A stretch of DNA of 64,000 nt from positions 7,027-71,026 of the forward strand of contig JANXSM010000054.1 of NCBI GenBank assembly GCA_025352665.1, in the 5' to 3' direction. The translations under genes were made by a program, and so were the position numbers. The notes beneath the pieces are model-generated. The model did not search any database. It was not told the DNA's origin and was given only the letters and a program-made list of their open reading frames with translations. This document shows positions 25,451 to 33,994 of the stretch, one piece after another (position 1 is the first letter of the stretch; every line of letters begins with the position of its first letter). This DNA is from Rhodospirillales bacterium (GTDB taxonomy: Bacteria > Pseudomonadota > Alphaproteobacteria > Acetobacterales > Acetobacteraceae).

Positions 25451-27583
25451 ATGATGTCACATTCTCCGGATCATTCCGCCCCCATGGTGCGGCCGTGGCA
25501 CCACCGCCTCAGCGCGATCTTCACCAATCTCACCGCTGTCTTCACCCTCGCTGCCATCGGCTTGCTGACCGCAGCGCTGCTGTCCCCACCGGGCGGACCA
25601 GCCATCCTGTTCGCAACCTCTCCCCGCCCGGCCGCGGGGGCGGAGGAGTTGCTGACCACCCTGTCCAGCGCCGAACGCCAGGTGATCACCGATGAGTTGA
25701 AATCCCTGCGCAACCAGCTCCCGCCAGACGATGCCGCCCTCGCCCCCGCCCGCACCCGGCTGGACGGCATGATCGACCGCCAAACCCAGGACGCCGCCGC
25801 CCGCAGCATGCCCCAGCCGTCCGACCGCCCTCGCAACCTCCTGCTGCTGGCGGCCGCAATCACCGCCCTGATCGCAGCCTTCAGCGGCCTGCTCGCCCAA
25901 CTGCTCGGCCACACCCGCCCCCAGAAGGCCCAACCCACGCTCTCGCTGGAGCCGCTGCACGCCCAGATGGCCGCCATGAGCGAACAGCTCCTGTCCTGCC
26001 GGCTCGCCGTGTCCACCAGCAGCGACCGCACGGTCGAGGCGCTGGAGACCGCGGGGATCGCCGGCACTCGCTTCGAACACGCGGCCATGGAAGCCCAGCA
26101 CCGCCTCGCGACGAGCATCGACAGGATCGAGACCATGCCCCTGGCGGCGGATGGCACCTCCGAAATCGCCGGCGCCGTGTTGCAGATCGCCGAAACCGCA
26201 ACCCGCAGTTCCCGGCAGGTGGAACGGCTGGAACGCGCCCTGCCGGAGCTGGTGATGGCGCTGAGCCGCATCTCTATCCCGTCGGACGCGGAGCAACGCC
26301 TGCTCGTGAACCAGTTGCAGGACATGCTGCCCCAGTTGCGCGCCGCAACCGAGGCCGCCAGCCTGCATGTGGGCGCGGTCGCCGCACTCCAAACCCGCCT
26401 CGGTAGCGAGATGGAGGCACTGCCCGCCGTGGCCATCCGATTGGAGTCCGTCGAAGCCAGCCTGAGCGAAACCGCCGCCCGCACGAGCGAGCGGCTGCGA
26501 GAGGCGGAAGCCGTGGTGGCCACGGCGGAGGCCGCGATAACCACGGCAGAGGCCGCGTTGACGACGGCGGAGGCCGCGTTGATGACGGCGGGCACGGCGA
26601 TGGTTACCGCTGAGCACCAGATGGCCGTCCCCTTGGCGAGCCTCCACGAGGCCGCCGCCGCCATCGCCATTCAAATCGAGGCCCTCGGCGCCGGCGTCGA
26701 CGACGCAAGCGGCCTGCTCATCCGCACCGGTGAACGCCTGGCCACCGCCACCGACAGCCTCGCCCGCATCGCGCGTGACGAACTGCCCGGCATGGTCGCC
26801 GAAACCGCCGAAGCCGTGCTCGCCGCCAGAGCCGAAGGGATCGACATCGTCCAGCGCTTCGACGTCGCCCTCAACGTCACCGCCGCCCAGTTCACCAGCC
26901 ACGCCGAACTGCTGTGCACGCAGTCGGACGTCCTGGCCCAGCGCGTGAGTGCCGGCGAGGATCTGATCGAAAGGCTCGACACCGCCATCCAACACATCGG
27001 CAGCAACGCCAGCCAGGCCCGCCTCGACGAGGTCGCCACCCGCTTCGAAACGGTCGCGGCGCAGGCCGACGGCCAGGTCACCGCCATGGCTGGCGCCACC
27101 GAGGGGCTGAGCGACATCGTCGCAGGTCTGCCGGGCTTCCTGCTCGAAGGCCAAACCTTCCTCGACGGGCTGCGCCTGACCTGCGATGCCGCCCTGGTCC
27201 GCCTCGAAACGATCGCCGCACCGCTCTCCACGGAAGCAAGCCCCGCGGACGAAAGCCCCATCGCAACTCATCTGCTCGCCCGCATCGCACCGGCGGACCG
27301 TGCCACAACCGCGCTCACCGCCGCCCTGCGCCGCCTCGGCAGCGTCGAAACCGCGGTGGGCCGCCTGCAGCACGACGCGGAGGCACTCGCCGAACAAACC
27401 ATGGTGGACGATCTCGCCACCATGCCCCAAGCCGTCGCGCAGGAGGCACCCGTTCTGCTGGACGGCCTGCACAGCATGATCGCCCGCCTGCAGTCGGTCG
27501 CGACCTCCCTGGCCTTGGCCGCCGACGGGCCAGAGGATCACGCCAGCGCCACCAGCGTGCCGCTGCGCATGCGGCATGGCTGA
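25451..27583 (+). CDS. hypothetical membrane-anchored Ala/Glu/Leu-rich coiled-coil protein
   Basis: 710 aa. Two hydrophobic segments ('IFTNLTAVFTLAAIGLLTAALL', 'LLLLAAAITALIAAFSGLLAQLL') followed by about 550 aa of helical low-complexity sequence. GC3 favours this strand over the antisense 740-aa ORF. Confidence 0.6.
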   Translation: MMSHSPDHSAPMVRPWHHRLSAIFTNLTAVFTLAAIGLLTAALLSPPGGPAILFATSPRPAAGAEELLTTLSSAERQVITDELKSLRNQLPPDDAALAPARTRLDGMIDRQTQDAAARSMPQPSDRPRNLLLLAAAITALIAAFSGLLAQLLGHTRPQKAQPTLSLEPLHAQMAAMSEQLLSCRLAVSTSSDRTVEALETAGIAGTRFEHAAMEAQHRLATSIDRIETMPLAADGTSEIAGAVLQIAETATRSSRQVERLERALPELVMALSRISIPSDAEQRLLVNQLQDMLPQLRAATEAASLHVGAVAALQTRLGSEMEALPAVAIRLESVEASLSETAARTSERLREAEAVVATAEAAITTAEAALTTAEAALMTAGTAMVTAEHQMAVPLASLHEAAAAIAIQIEALGAGVDDASGLLIRTGERLATATDSLARIARDELPGMVAETAEAVLAARAEGIDIVQRFDVALNVTAAQFTSHAELLCTQSDVLAQRVSAGEDLIERLDTAIQHIGSNASQARLDEVATRFETVAAQADGQVTAMAGATEGLSDIVAGLPGFLLEGQTFLDGLRLTCDAALVRLETIAAPLSTEASPADESPIATHLLARIAPADRATTALTAALRRLGSVETAVGRLQHDAEALAEQTMVDDLATMPQAVAQEAPVLLDGLHSMIARLQSVATSLALAADGPEDHASATSVPLRMRHG
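26501..26605 (+). repeat. 21-nt tandem repeat (about 5 units, 3 near-identical) encoding TAEAA(I/L)T heptads
   Basis: Units: ACGGCGGAGGCCGCGATAACC, ACGGCAGAGGCCGCGTTGACG and ACGGCGGAGGCCGCGTTGATG (26522-26584), with degenerate flanking units. Confidence 0.8.
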
Positions 27584-27592
27584 AGCAACACC

Positions 27593-27699
27593 AAAGAGGG
27601 GGATGACGTCTGATAGGCGACGTAGTCCCGCTCGCGCTCTCTGTTTTATCGCGTGATTCAGACCTTTCGGTGATTCCATCTTCGGTCATCACGCTCTAA
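27593..27699. repeat. interspersed hairpin repeat, copy B (same orientation as copy C, partly degenerate)
   Basis: ..GGGGATGACGTCTGATAGGCGACGTAGTCCCGCTC..TTATCGCGTGATTCAGACCTTTCGGTGATTCCATCTTCGGTCATCACGCTCTAA. Near-identical to 32757-32859. Confidence 0.85.
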
Positions 27700-27795
27700 C
27701 CACCCGCCCATTAACCCAGCGGCAAGCCGACCAGCGCAGAATGTCGCAACACCCGACCCGCATTCCCGGACCAGCGCACCGGAAGGAACCCCATC

Positions 27796-27987
27796 ATGTC
27801 AGCCTGGCTGGCCGAGATCTTCGCCCTGCAATCCGACCCGAAACCACAACGCCGCGCCCTGATCGCCGCCGAAACGGAGGAGGAAGCTTTCGATCTCATC
27901 AGCAACCTCATGGGCGACGCCATCAAGGCCGTGGTCCTGCAGGTCAAGCCGCTGTCACTCGACCCGGGCGAGATCGTCTGGCTTTAG
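27796..27987 (+). CDS. hypothetical small protein (63 aa)
   Basis: ATG preceded by GGAAGGA about 8 nt upstream. Strong GC3 bias. The stop TAG lies inside the terminus of repeat copy D. No recognisable family. Confidence 0.5.
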   Translation: MSAWLAEIFALQSDPKPQRRALIAAETEEEAFDLISNLMGDAIKAVVLQVKPLSLDPGEIVWL

Positions 27988-28065
27988 AGCGGGATGACGT
28001 CGCCTATCAGACGTCATCCCGCTCTAGCCTGATCGCTTCACCTGTCAGGAATCACCCTGGTCTAG
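27984..28065. repeat. interspersed hairpin repeat, copy D (module 1 flipped, divergent tail)
   Basis: TTAGAGCGGGATGACGTC-GCCTATCA-GACGTCATCCCGCTCTAG. The loop is the reverse complement of the copy C loop. The tail ..GGAATCACCCTGGTCTAGA follows. Confidence 0.8.
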
Positions 28066-29147
28066 ACCTTCCAGTTAGGCACAAACACGCTGCCCTGCAT
28101 GATGGGCCGCGCGGTTCGCAGAATGCCCGCTCGAATGACGTTCAGTGTCGGCCCCGCACCGTCCGTTTCCATCCGCACATCGACCATGCCGGACGGATGC
28201 TCGATCCAGATCGTGCAAGGATTGCCGCCCGGACGAACCGCGATGTCGTAGGCGATCGAGCCCTCCAGCAGGCAGGCGGTCGCCACGCACACGGCACCCG
28301 TCACGGCATGTGCCGCGTGCAGCTTATGGGGGGTCAGGTACCGCGAGGTGATGGCGCCGGTCTCGCGCGGCGGAGACAGCAGGCCCACTTTCGGGATCAC
28401 CTTATCGCTCACATCGCCGAACCCCATGCGGCGGCCGGCCTCCATGCGGATCGCTTCGATCCGGGCCAGCAGCGCCCGATTGCCGTCGATCTCCGTGCGG
28501 CCCTCATAGCCGGTCATGCCCAGGTCGGCGGCCCGCATCAGCACCATCGGCATGCACACATCCAGGCACGACACCTCGATGCCATCGATCATCTCGCTGG
28601 CAGCACCGCTGGGCAGCATCTTGCCGGTCTTGGAACCGACGGCGTCCATGAAGTTCAGCAGGATCGGCGCAGAGGTCCCCGGCACGCCGTCGATCTGCGC
28701 ATCGCCGGCATAGGTCACCGCACCACCCGGCGTCTGCACCACCGCTTCGATGCGGCTTGCCGTGTTCACGTCGAAGATCGCGACCGAGGTGGTGCCGTCC
28801 TGGGCCGCCACCAGGCCGGTTTCGATCGCGAAAGGTCCCACGCCTGACAGCATGTTGCCGCAGGACGGCGAGGTATCGACGATGGCGCGATTGATATCGA
28901 CCTGCGCGAACAGATAATCCACGTCCACGCCAGGACGTTCGGACTTGCTGACGATGGCGACCTTGCTGGTCAGCGTGTCCGCCCCGCCAAGCCCGTCGAT
29001 CTGCCGCGCATCGGGCGATCCCATCACCGCCAGCAGCACGCGGTCGCGGGCCGCAATCTCGGAAGGCAGGTCGGGGCCCTTGAAATACGGACCCTTGGAG
29101 GTTCCGCCACGCATCAGCAGGCAGGGGATCGACACATGGTCATGCAT
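28062..29147 (-). CDS. PrpF/GalD-family isomerase (4-oxalomesaconate tautomerase-like)
   Basis: 'IPCLLMRGGTSKGPYF', 'RVLLAVMGSPDARQIDGLGGADTLTSKVAIV', 'VDYLFAQV', 'CGNMLSGVGPFA'. Close to the GalD/PrpF pattern. Confidence 0.8.
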   Translation of the reverse strand: MHDHVSIPCLLMRGGTSKGPYFKGPDLPSEIAARDRVLLAVMGSPDARQIDGLGGADTLTSKVAIVSKSERPGVDVDYLFAQVDINRAIVDTSPSCGNMLSGVGPFAIETGLVAAQDGTTSVAIFDVNTASRIEAVVQTPGGAVTYAGDAQIDGVPGTSAPILLNFMDAVGSKTGKMLPSGAASEMIDGIEVSCLDVCMPMVLMRAADLGMTGYEGRTEIDGNRALLARIEAIRMEAGRRMGFGDVSDKVIPKVGLLSPPRETGAITSRYLTPHKLHAAHAVTGAVCVATACLLEGSIAYDIAVRPGGNPCTIWIEHPSGMVDVRMETDGAGPTLNVIRAGILRTARPIMQGSVFVPNWKV

Positions 29148-29176
29148 GGCGGCGGCCTTCCGTAACTCGTAACGTA

Positions 29177-30007
29177 TCAGGGTGTAAGCGGAGTGGGTGC
29201 GCCGATCCCCGTGCCCGACATCGGTGGCGGCGGTGCCGCCGAATAGGGCAGATTCTGTGGCGCCAGGTTCTGCGGCGCCGGGCTCAACCGCAACGGCTGC
29301 GACAGCGGCATCGGCGCGGGCGAAAGCAGCGGCAGCGGTGCGGCAGGAGCCGGCGCGTACGGTTCAAGCGGAACGCCGGGTGCTCCCGGCGGCGCCAGGG
29401 TCTCGCTCTGGATGGGCTTCGGCAGCGCTGCCGCCGGCGCGTCGCTCAACAGATACGCCCGCAACGACCGGCGCACCTGGAACTCGAACTCCACGTTCAT
29501 GTCCAACATCATCTGGTTCACCATGTCGCCAAGTGCCGCGCGCGTGGCGTTGGGCGTGTCCTTCGCGATCGCCCGGGTCCGTGCCACGCGGGCCTCGGCG
29601 TATCCGCTGCGCGTGCCATCAGCACTGGTCACGTCGAGGTGAACGACCATCTTCCCCTCGTACTGATCGCGATTCTGCACAATGCTGGCATCGTCGATCA
29701 CAAACACCGCGCGCCCCGGCGGACCGCCGGCGAACAGCCGGTCCCGCGCCATTTGCCGCAACGCCTCCACCGGCGGCGTCGGCGCCAGGTTGCCGACCTC
29801 GCGCGTGCCCGGCCGTGGCGCCCAGCTGTCGTCGACATCCACGCTGGAAACCGCCAGGCGAAGCTTGGTCAAATAGTCGTAGTTCGGCCGCGCGAAGCTG
29901 GTCGGCGGATCGTCGGTGGTGCCGCAGGCGGTCAACGAGAACAGCACGGGCGCCAGCAGAATGGCCCCCAACAGGGCAGCGCTGCGTGGGCGGGCGGGCC
30001 GTTTCAT
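29177..30007 (-). CDS. lipoprotein with a Pro/Ala-rich C-terminus (function unknown)
   Basis: ATG at 30007. Signal peptide plus lipobox 'LLAPVLFSLTAC'. The C-terminal about 70 aa is a Pro-rich repeat-like tail. Confidence 0.65.
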   Translation of the reverse strand: MKRPARPRSAALLGAILLAPVLFSLTACGTTDDPPTSFARPNYDYLTKLRLAVSSVDVDDSWAPRPGTREVGNLAPTPPVEALRQMARDRLFAGGPPGRAVFVIDDASIVQNRDQYEGKMVVHLDVTSADGTRSGYAEARVARTRAIAKDTPNATRAALGDMVNQMMLDMNVEFEFQVRRSLRAYLLSDAPAAALPKPIQSETLAPPGAPGVPLEPYAPAPAAPLPLLSPAPMPLSQPLRLSPAPQNLAPQNLPYSAAPPPPMSGTGIGAPTPLTP

Positions 30008-30045
30008 GATCGGGGCCTTCTGTTGTGCTGGAGGGGCTGCGGAAA

Positions 30046-30996
30046 TCAAGCGGCGGCGGAGATGTCATCGCGGGAGAAGCTGAAGACCATGTTGCAGAAC
30101 TCGCACGTCATGGTGATCGCGCCGTCCTCCGCCATGTGGTCGATATCGTCGGCGCCGAACGTGCCGAGCACTTCCGCAAGCCGGGCACGCGAACAGCGAC
30201 AGCCATAGGCCAGCGGACACGGGCGGTCCACGGCAACCCCTTCGCTGTGGAACAGATTGAACAGCAGCCGGTCGGTCGAAAGCTGCTCGTCGAGCAACTC
30301 GCGGTCCTTCACCGTGCTCGCCAGCACCACGGCCGTGCCCCAGGCATCGTCGGCCGCGACCGCGTCAAGCTCCGGGTCCACGCCGCCGGTCCCGGCCACA
30401 CGTTCCAGAATCAGCGCCGCCGCGCGCCAGCCGGCGGGCGTGTGCGCGCAGGCCAGCCGCAGGAAACACGGCATCTGCTCGCTGGTATCGAAATAATGCA
30501 GTGCCATGGTCTCCAACGCGTCGCCCTCGATCGAAACGATGCCCTGGTGGCGTTCCATGTCCGCCCCCTGGTCCACGGTGAACGCCAGGATGCCGGAGCC
30601 AACGAGATCGCGCGCCGTCGGCGTCGGCCTGTCCACCAGCAAGGCCGCCAGCCGCTCCGCATCGATACTGGCGTAGCCGCGCAGTGCGCCGGCATCGGTG
30701 CAATCGGCCAGCAGCATCCGCACCGGCCCGTCGCCCTTCACCTGCAGGCTGAACGAGCCGCGAAACTTCAGCGCAGTGGCCAGGGCCGCCACCAGCGACA
30801 GCGCCTGGCCCACCAGTGCCGACACCACCGGCTCATGCGGATGGCGGCTCAACAGGGCGTCGGCGAGCGGCCCCAGCCGCACCAGGCGACCGCGTACCGG
30901 GCGCCGCGGCAGGTGAAACGGCGTCACGCCACGCGGTAACACGATATCGGGCACATTCGGTCGGCCGGTGTCGAGAAAGGCGGGGGTGTCGTCCAT
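30046..30996 (-). CDS. hslO: Hsp33-family redox-regulated chaperone
   Basis: C-terminal zinc centre 'YGCRCSRARL...MTCEFCNMVFSF'. Length 316 aa. Confidence 0.85.
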   Translation of the reverse strand: MDDTPAFLDTGRPNVPDIVLPRGVTPFHLPRRPVRGRLVRLGPLADALLSRHPHEPVVSALVGQALSLVAALATALKFRGSFSLQVKGDGPVRMLLADCTDAGALRGYASIDAERLAALLVDRPTPTARDLVGSGILAFTVDQGADMERHQGIVSIEGDALETMALHYFDTSEQMPCFLRLACAHTPAGWRAAALILERVAGTGGVDPELDAVAADDAWGTAVVLASTVKDRELLDEQLSTDRLLFNLFHSEGVAVDRPCPLAYGCRCSRARLAEVLGTFGADDIDHMAEDGAITMTCEFCNMVFSFSRDDISAAA

Positions 30997-31122
30997 GCGG
31001 GCAGAATAATGGTCTGCGGGCAGGATGGCTACCTTCGGGGCCAGCCCCGCGTTCCCCGCATCGCTGGCGGGCTGGAACTCACGCCCGCCGCATGGTCATG
31101 TGCCTGCCCCGGGGAGAGCGAG

Positions 31123-31602
31123 ATGACCACAACCGCCGCCGAATTCCGCGCCCTGCACGCAGGCGACGCCGCAGCCGCGGCCACCCTCATCCGCACCGCA
31201 TTCGCAAGCTTCGACCCGCCACTCAACCCCGCCCCCTCCGCCCTGCGCGAGACCGCCGACACGATCACAGCCCAGCTCGCCCGTGGCGGCGGCCATGGCG
31301 CGTTCGGCGGCCAGCGCCTGGTCGCCGTGCTCATGTGGGAGATATGTGACGGTGGACTCTATCTCGGCCGCCTGTCGGTCGAAGCCGCGTGGCGCCGCCA
31401 CGGTCTCGCCCGCCGCCTGATCGACATCGCCGAGACCGAGGCCCGCCTGCGGGGCACGCCGCGCCTGCACGCCGGCGTCCGCCTGGCACTGCAGCCAAAC
31501 CGCGCCCTGTTCGCCGCCGCCGGCTTCAGCGAAACGAAGCTGCACGCCCACGAGGGTTTCGCAGTCCCCACCTGGGTCGAACTGGAAAAGCCGCTTGGCT
31601 GA
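31123..31602 (+). CDS. GNAT-family N-acetyltransferase
   Basis: 159 aa. '..RLSVEAAWRRHGLARRLIDIAE..' is an acetyl-CoA-binding Q/RxxGxA-type motif. ATG at 31123. Confidence 0.75.
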   Translation: MTTTAAEFRALHAGDAAAAATLIRTAFASFDPPLNPAPSALRETADTITAQLARGGGHGAFGGQRLVAVLMWEICDGGLYLGRLSVEAAWRRHGLARRLIDIAETEARLRGTPRLHAGVRLALQPNRALFAAAGFSETKLHAHEGFAVPTWVELEKPLG

Positions 31603-32752
31603 CCACGACCAGCGCCGCCGCATCGCCACCCTGGGCGCCATGGTGCTCGCACGGATCTCGTTCGGCTACCAGGTGCAGACCGTGGCCAGCCTGGGGCCTG
31701 AGCTGCGCACCGCCTTCGGCATCGAATTCGCCCTGCTCGGCACGCTGATGGGGCTCTATTTGCTGCCCGGCGTCATCACCGCCATCCCCGCGGGCTTTCT
31801 CGCACGCCGCTTCGGCGACCGTGCGGTGATCGCCTGCGGCATGGCGCTGATGCTGGTCGGCAGCCTGGTCTCAGCTTCGGCCGGCGGCCCGTTCGGGATC
31901 GGCGTCGGGCGCGTCATCGCCGGATGCGGTGCCGTGGCGGTCACGGTGCTGCAGCCCAAGGCGGTGGCCGACCGTTTCACCGGCCGTGGTTTCACAACCG
32001 CCATGGGTGTGCTGATCGGCGCCTTCCCCATCGGCATCGGCCTCGGCCAGCTCACCCACGGCCGCATCGCCGACGCATTCGGCTGGCCGATGGCCTTCCT
32101 CGCCGGCGCCGGCCTCGCCGCCATAGCACTCACGGTGTGCCTGATCTGGTGGAGCGACGTCGGCCCCACCAGCCGCGCCCTGCATTGGCCCAGCCGGCGG
32201 GAAATCGGCCTGCTGATGCTCGCGGGCCTGATCTGGACGGCGTACAACTGGGGCTACTTCAACTTTCTCGGCTATCTCCCCAGCGTGATGGCGGCGCGCG
32301 GCCACCCCGGCTGGATGACCGACCTCGTCATGGGCATCGCCACCTGGGGCAACCTGCCGGCCATGCTGCTGGCCGGGCTGCTGGCGGCCAGGTTCGGCGC
32401 CGTGCCGGTGTTCCTGGTCGGCACGGCGCTGGAATTCATCGCCGTTGCCGGCATGGGTGTTGCCGACTGGCCGCTGATCTGGGGCACGCTGTTCGGCACC
32501 ATCGCCGCCATGCACGCCGGTATCATCGTCGGCTGGGGCGCGTTGTCGGCCCGGCCGGAGAACCGCGCCGTGGGCATGGGGATCTTCTACACCGTCTATT
32601 ACCTCGGCGGTTCGATCGGCCCTGCATTGTGCGGCAAGGCGGCCGATCTGGTGGGAGACGCCTCCGGCGCCTTCATCTGCGCCGGCATTCTTTCCGCCCT
32701 GGCGCTGCCGTTCTGGTGGCTGCACCGCAGGCTGAGCGTCCGAGGCTTTTGA
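31595..32752 (+). CDS. MFS transporter
   Basis: 385 aa with about 12 transmembrane helices. The TTG start at 31595 overlaps the GNAT stop. An alternative ATG lies at 31640. Confidence 0.8.
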   Translation: MADHDQRRRIATLGAMVLARISFGYQVQTVASLGPELRTAFGIEFALLGTLMGLYLLPGVITAIPAGFLARRFGDRAVIACGMALMLVGSLVSASAGGPFGIGVGRVIAGCGAVAVTVLQPKAVADRFTGRGFTTAMGVLIGAFPIGIGLGQLTHGRIADAFGWPMAFLAGAGLAAIALTVCLIWWSDVGPTSRALHWPSRREIGLLMLAGLIWTAYNWGYFNFLGYLPSVMAARGHPGWMTDLVMGIATWGNLPAMLLAGLLAARFGAVPVFLVGTALEFIAVAGMGVADWPLIWGTLFGTIAAMHAGIIVGWGALSARPENRAVGMGIFYTVYYLGGSIGPALCGKAADLVGDASGAFICAGILSALALPFWWLHRRLSVRGF

Positions 32753-32859
32753 CTAGAGCGGGATGACGTCTGATAGGCGACGTCATCCCGCTCTAGTTCT
32801 CTGTTTGATCGCGTGATTCAGACCTTTCGGTGATTCCACCTGCGGTCATCCCGCTCTAG
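32753..32859. repeat. interspersed hairpin repeat, copy C (best preserved, two modules)
   Basis: Module 1 (32753-32796) has 18-bp perfect arms CTAGAGCGGGATGACGTC/GACGTCATCCCGCTCTAG and an 8-nt loop. Module 2 (32797-32859) ends in CATCCCGCTCTAG. The element exactly fills the gap between the convergent MFS and KR genes. Confidence 0.9.
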
Positions 32860-33575
32860 GCCATGCCACCGTTGATCGAAATGATCTGCGCGGTGATGTA
32901 GCCGGCCTGCTCCGAGGCCAGAAACCCCACCAGATCAGCCACTTCGCCTGGCCGACCGGCGCGTTTCATCGGCACTATCCGGGCGATCTGCTCCGGCCCG
33001 AAGCTGGCATCGGCCACGGGCGAGGCAATGATCCCCGGCGCCACCGCATTCACCGTGATCCCCCGGCTGGCCAGCTCCAGCGCCAGAGACCGCGTAGCCC
33101 CGTGCAACCCAGCCTTGGCAGCGGCATAGTTGGTCTGCCCGCGATTGCCCATGACCGCCGCCACCGAAGAAATATTAACGATCCGCCCCCACCGCCTGCC
33201 GATCATCGGCATCAGCAGCGGTTGGGTGACATTGAAGAACCCGTTGAGCGACACGTCGATCACCCGGCTCCACTGCGCCGCCTGCATGCCCGGCATCACA
33301 GCGTCGTCGTGAATACCGGCATTGTTGACGATGATCTCGATGGCGCCCCCGGCCAGCACCGCCGCCAACGCCGAAGCACTCGCGTGCGTATCGGTCACGT
33401 CGAACGCCACCGCCTCGGCCGACCCACCGGCCGCGACGATCTCATCCACCACGGCCGCCGCCCGCCCGGCGCCGCCATGGGCGTGCACCACCACATGATG
33501 ACCGTCGCCTGCCAGCCTGCGGCAGATCGCAGCGCCCAACGCCCCGCTGCCGCCGGTCACCAAAGCGCGTCTCAC
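32856..33575 (-). CDS. 3-oxoacyl-ACP reductase (SDR, FabG-like) of the aryl-polyene-type cluster
   Basis: 'ALVTGGSGALGAAI', 'NNAG', 'YAAAKAG'. GTGA overlap with the upstream dehydratase gene. Confidence 0.85.
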   Translation of the reverse strand: MRRALVTGGSGALGAAICRRLAGDGHHVVVHAHGGAGRAAAVVDEIVAAGGSAEAVAFDVTDTHASASALAAVLAGGAIEIIVNNAGIHDDAVMPGMQAAQWSRVIDVSLNGFFNVTQPLLMPMIGRRWGRIVNISSVAAVMGNRGQTNYAAAKAGLHGATRSLALELASRGITVNAVAPGIIASPVADASFGPEQIARIVPMKRAGRPGEVADLVGFLASEQAGYITAQIISINGGMA

Positions 33576-33994
33576 GCGCTCAGCACCACGGCCGCCCGAC
33601 CGGACACGATGTCCCGCCCGGCGCAGGTCAGGGCGAACCCATAGATCACCCGCCCAGCCTCACCATGCAGCTGCTCGGCGGTGATCTTGAGCTCGCCGTC
33701 CAGCTGATCCAGCCGCGCCACCGCACATTCAACATCGCGCACGCTAGCGAGATACCCCACACGTGGACGGTCGCCGCCCCCGGTCAGCGCGCCATGCACC
33801 GCCATCGCCTGTGCCGCGTATTCCACCCCGCAAACCGCCGCCAACACGCCATTCCGCGCCATCGGATTTCCGGCCACACGATGGGTGTCGGTTACGCACA
33901 AAATCCGCGTGCCATCCCACGACACCACTCGCTCCAGCAGACACATCTTCCCGGCATGTGGAATCAACGCCGCGATCTCGGTCCGGCCGATCAC
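33572..33994 (-). CDS. hotdog-fold 3-hydroxyacyl-ACP dehydratase-like protein
   Basis: 140 aa. 'IPHAGKMCLLERVVSWD' is typical of dehydratases found in aryl-polyene/xanthomonadin-type clusters. GTGA overlaps at both ends. Confidence 0.7.
   Translation of the reverse strand: MIGRTEIAALIPHAGKMCLLERVVSWDGTRILCVTDTHRVAGNPMARNGVLAAVCGVEYAAQAMAVHGALTGGGDRPRVGYLASVRDVECAVARLDQLDGELKITAEQLHGEAGRVIYGFALTCAGRDIVSGRAAVVLSA

Noticed and set aside
25457-27679. 740-aa minus-strand ORF antisense to the coiled-coil gene
   Set aside because: Its product is Gly/Arg/Gln-rich low-complexity sequence typical of shadow frames. GC3 bias and hydrophobic-helix logic favour the plus-strand frame.
25215-28065. Calling the hairpin/repeat-bounded segment a genomic island or mobile element
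   Set aside because: There is no integrase, tRNA target, direct-repeat att sites or clear compositional shift. Only the repeats themselves are demonstrable.
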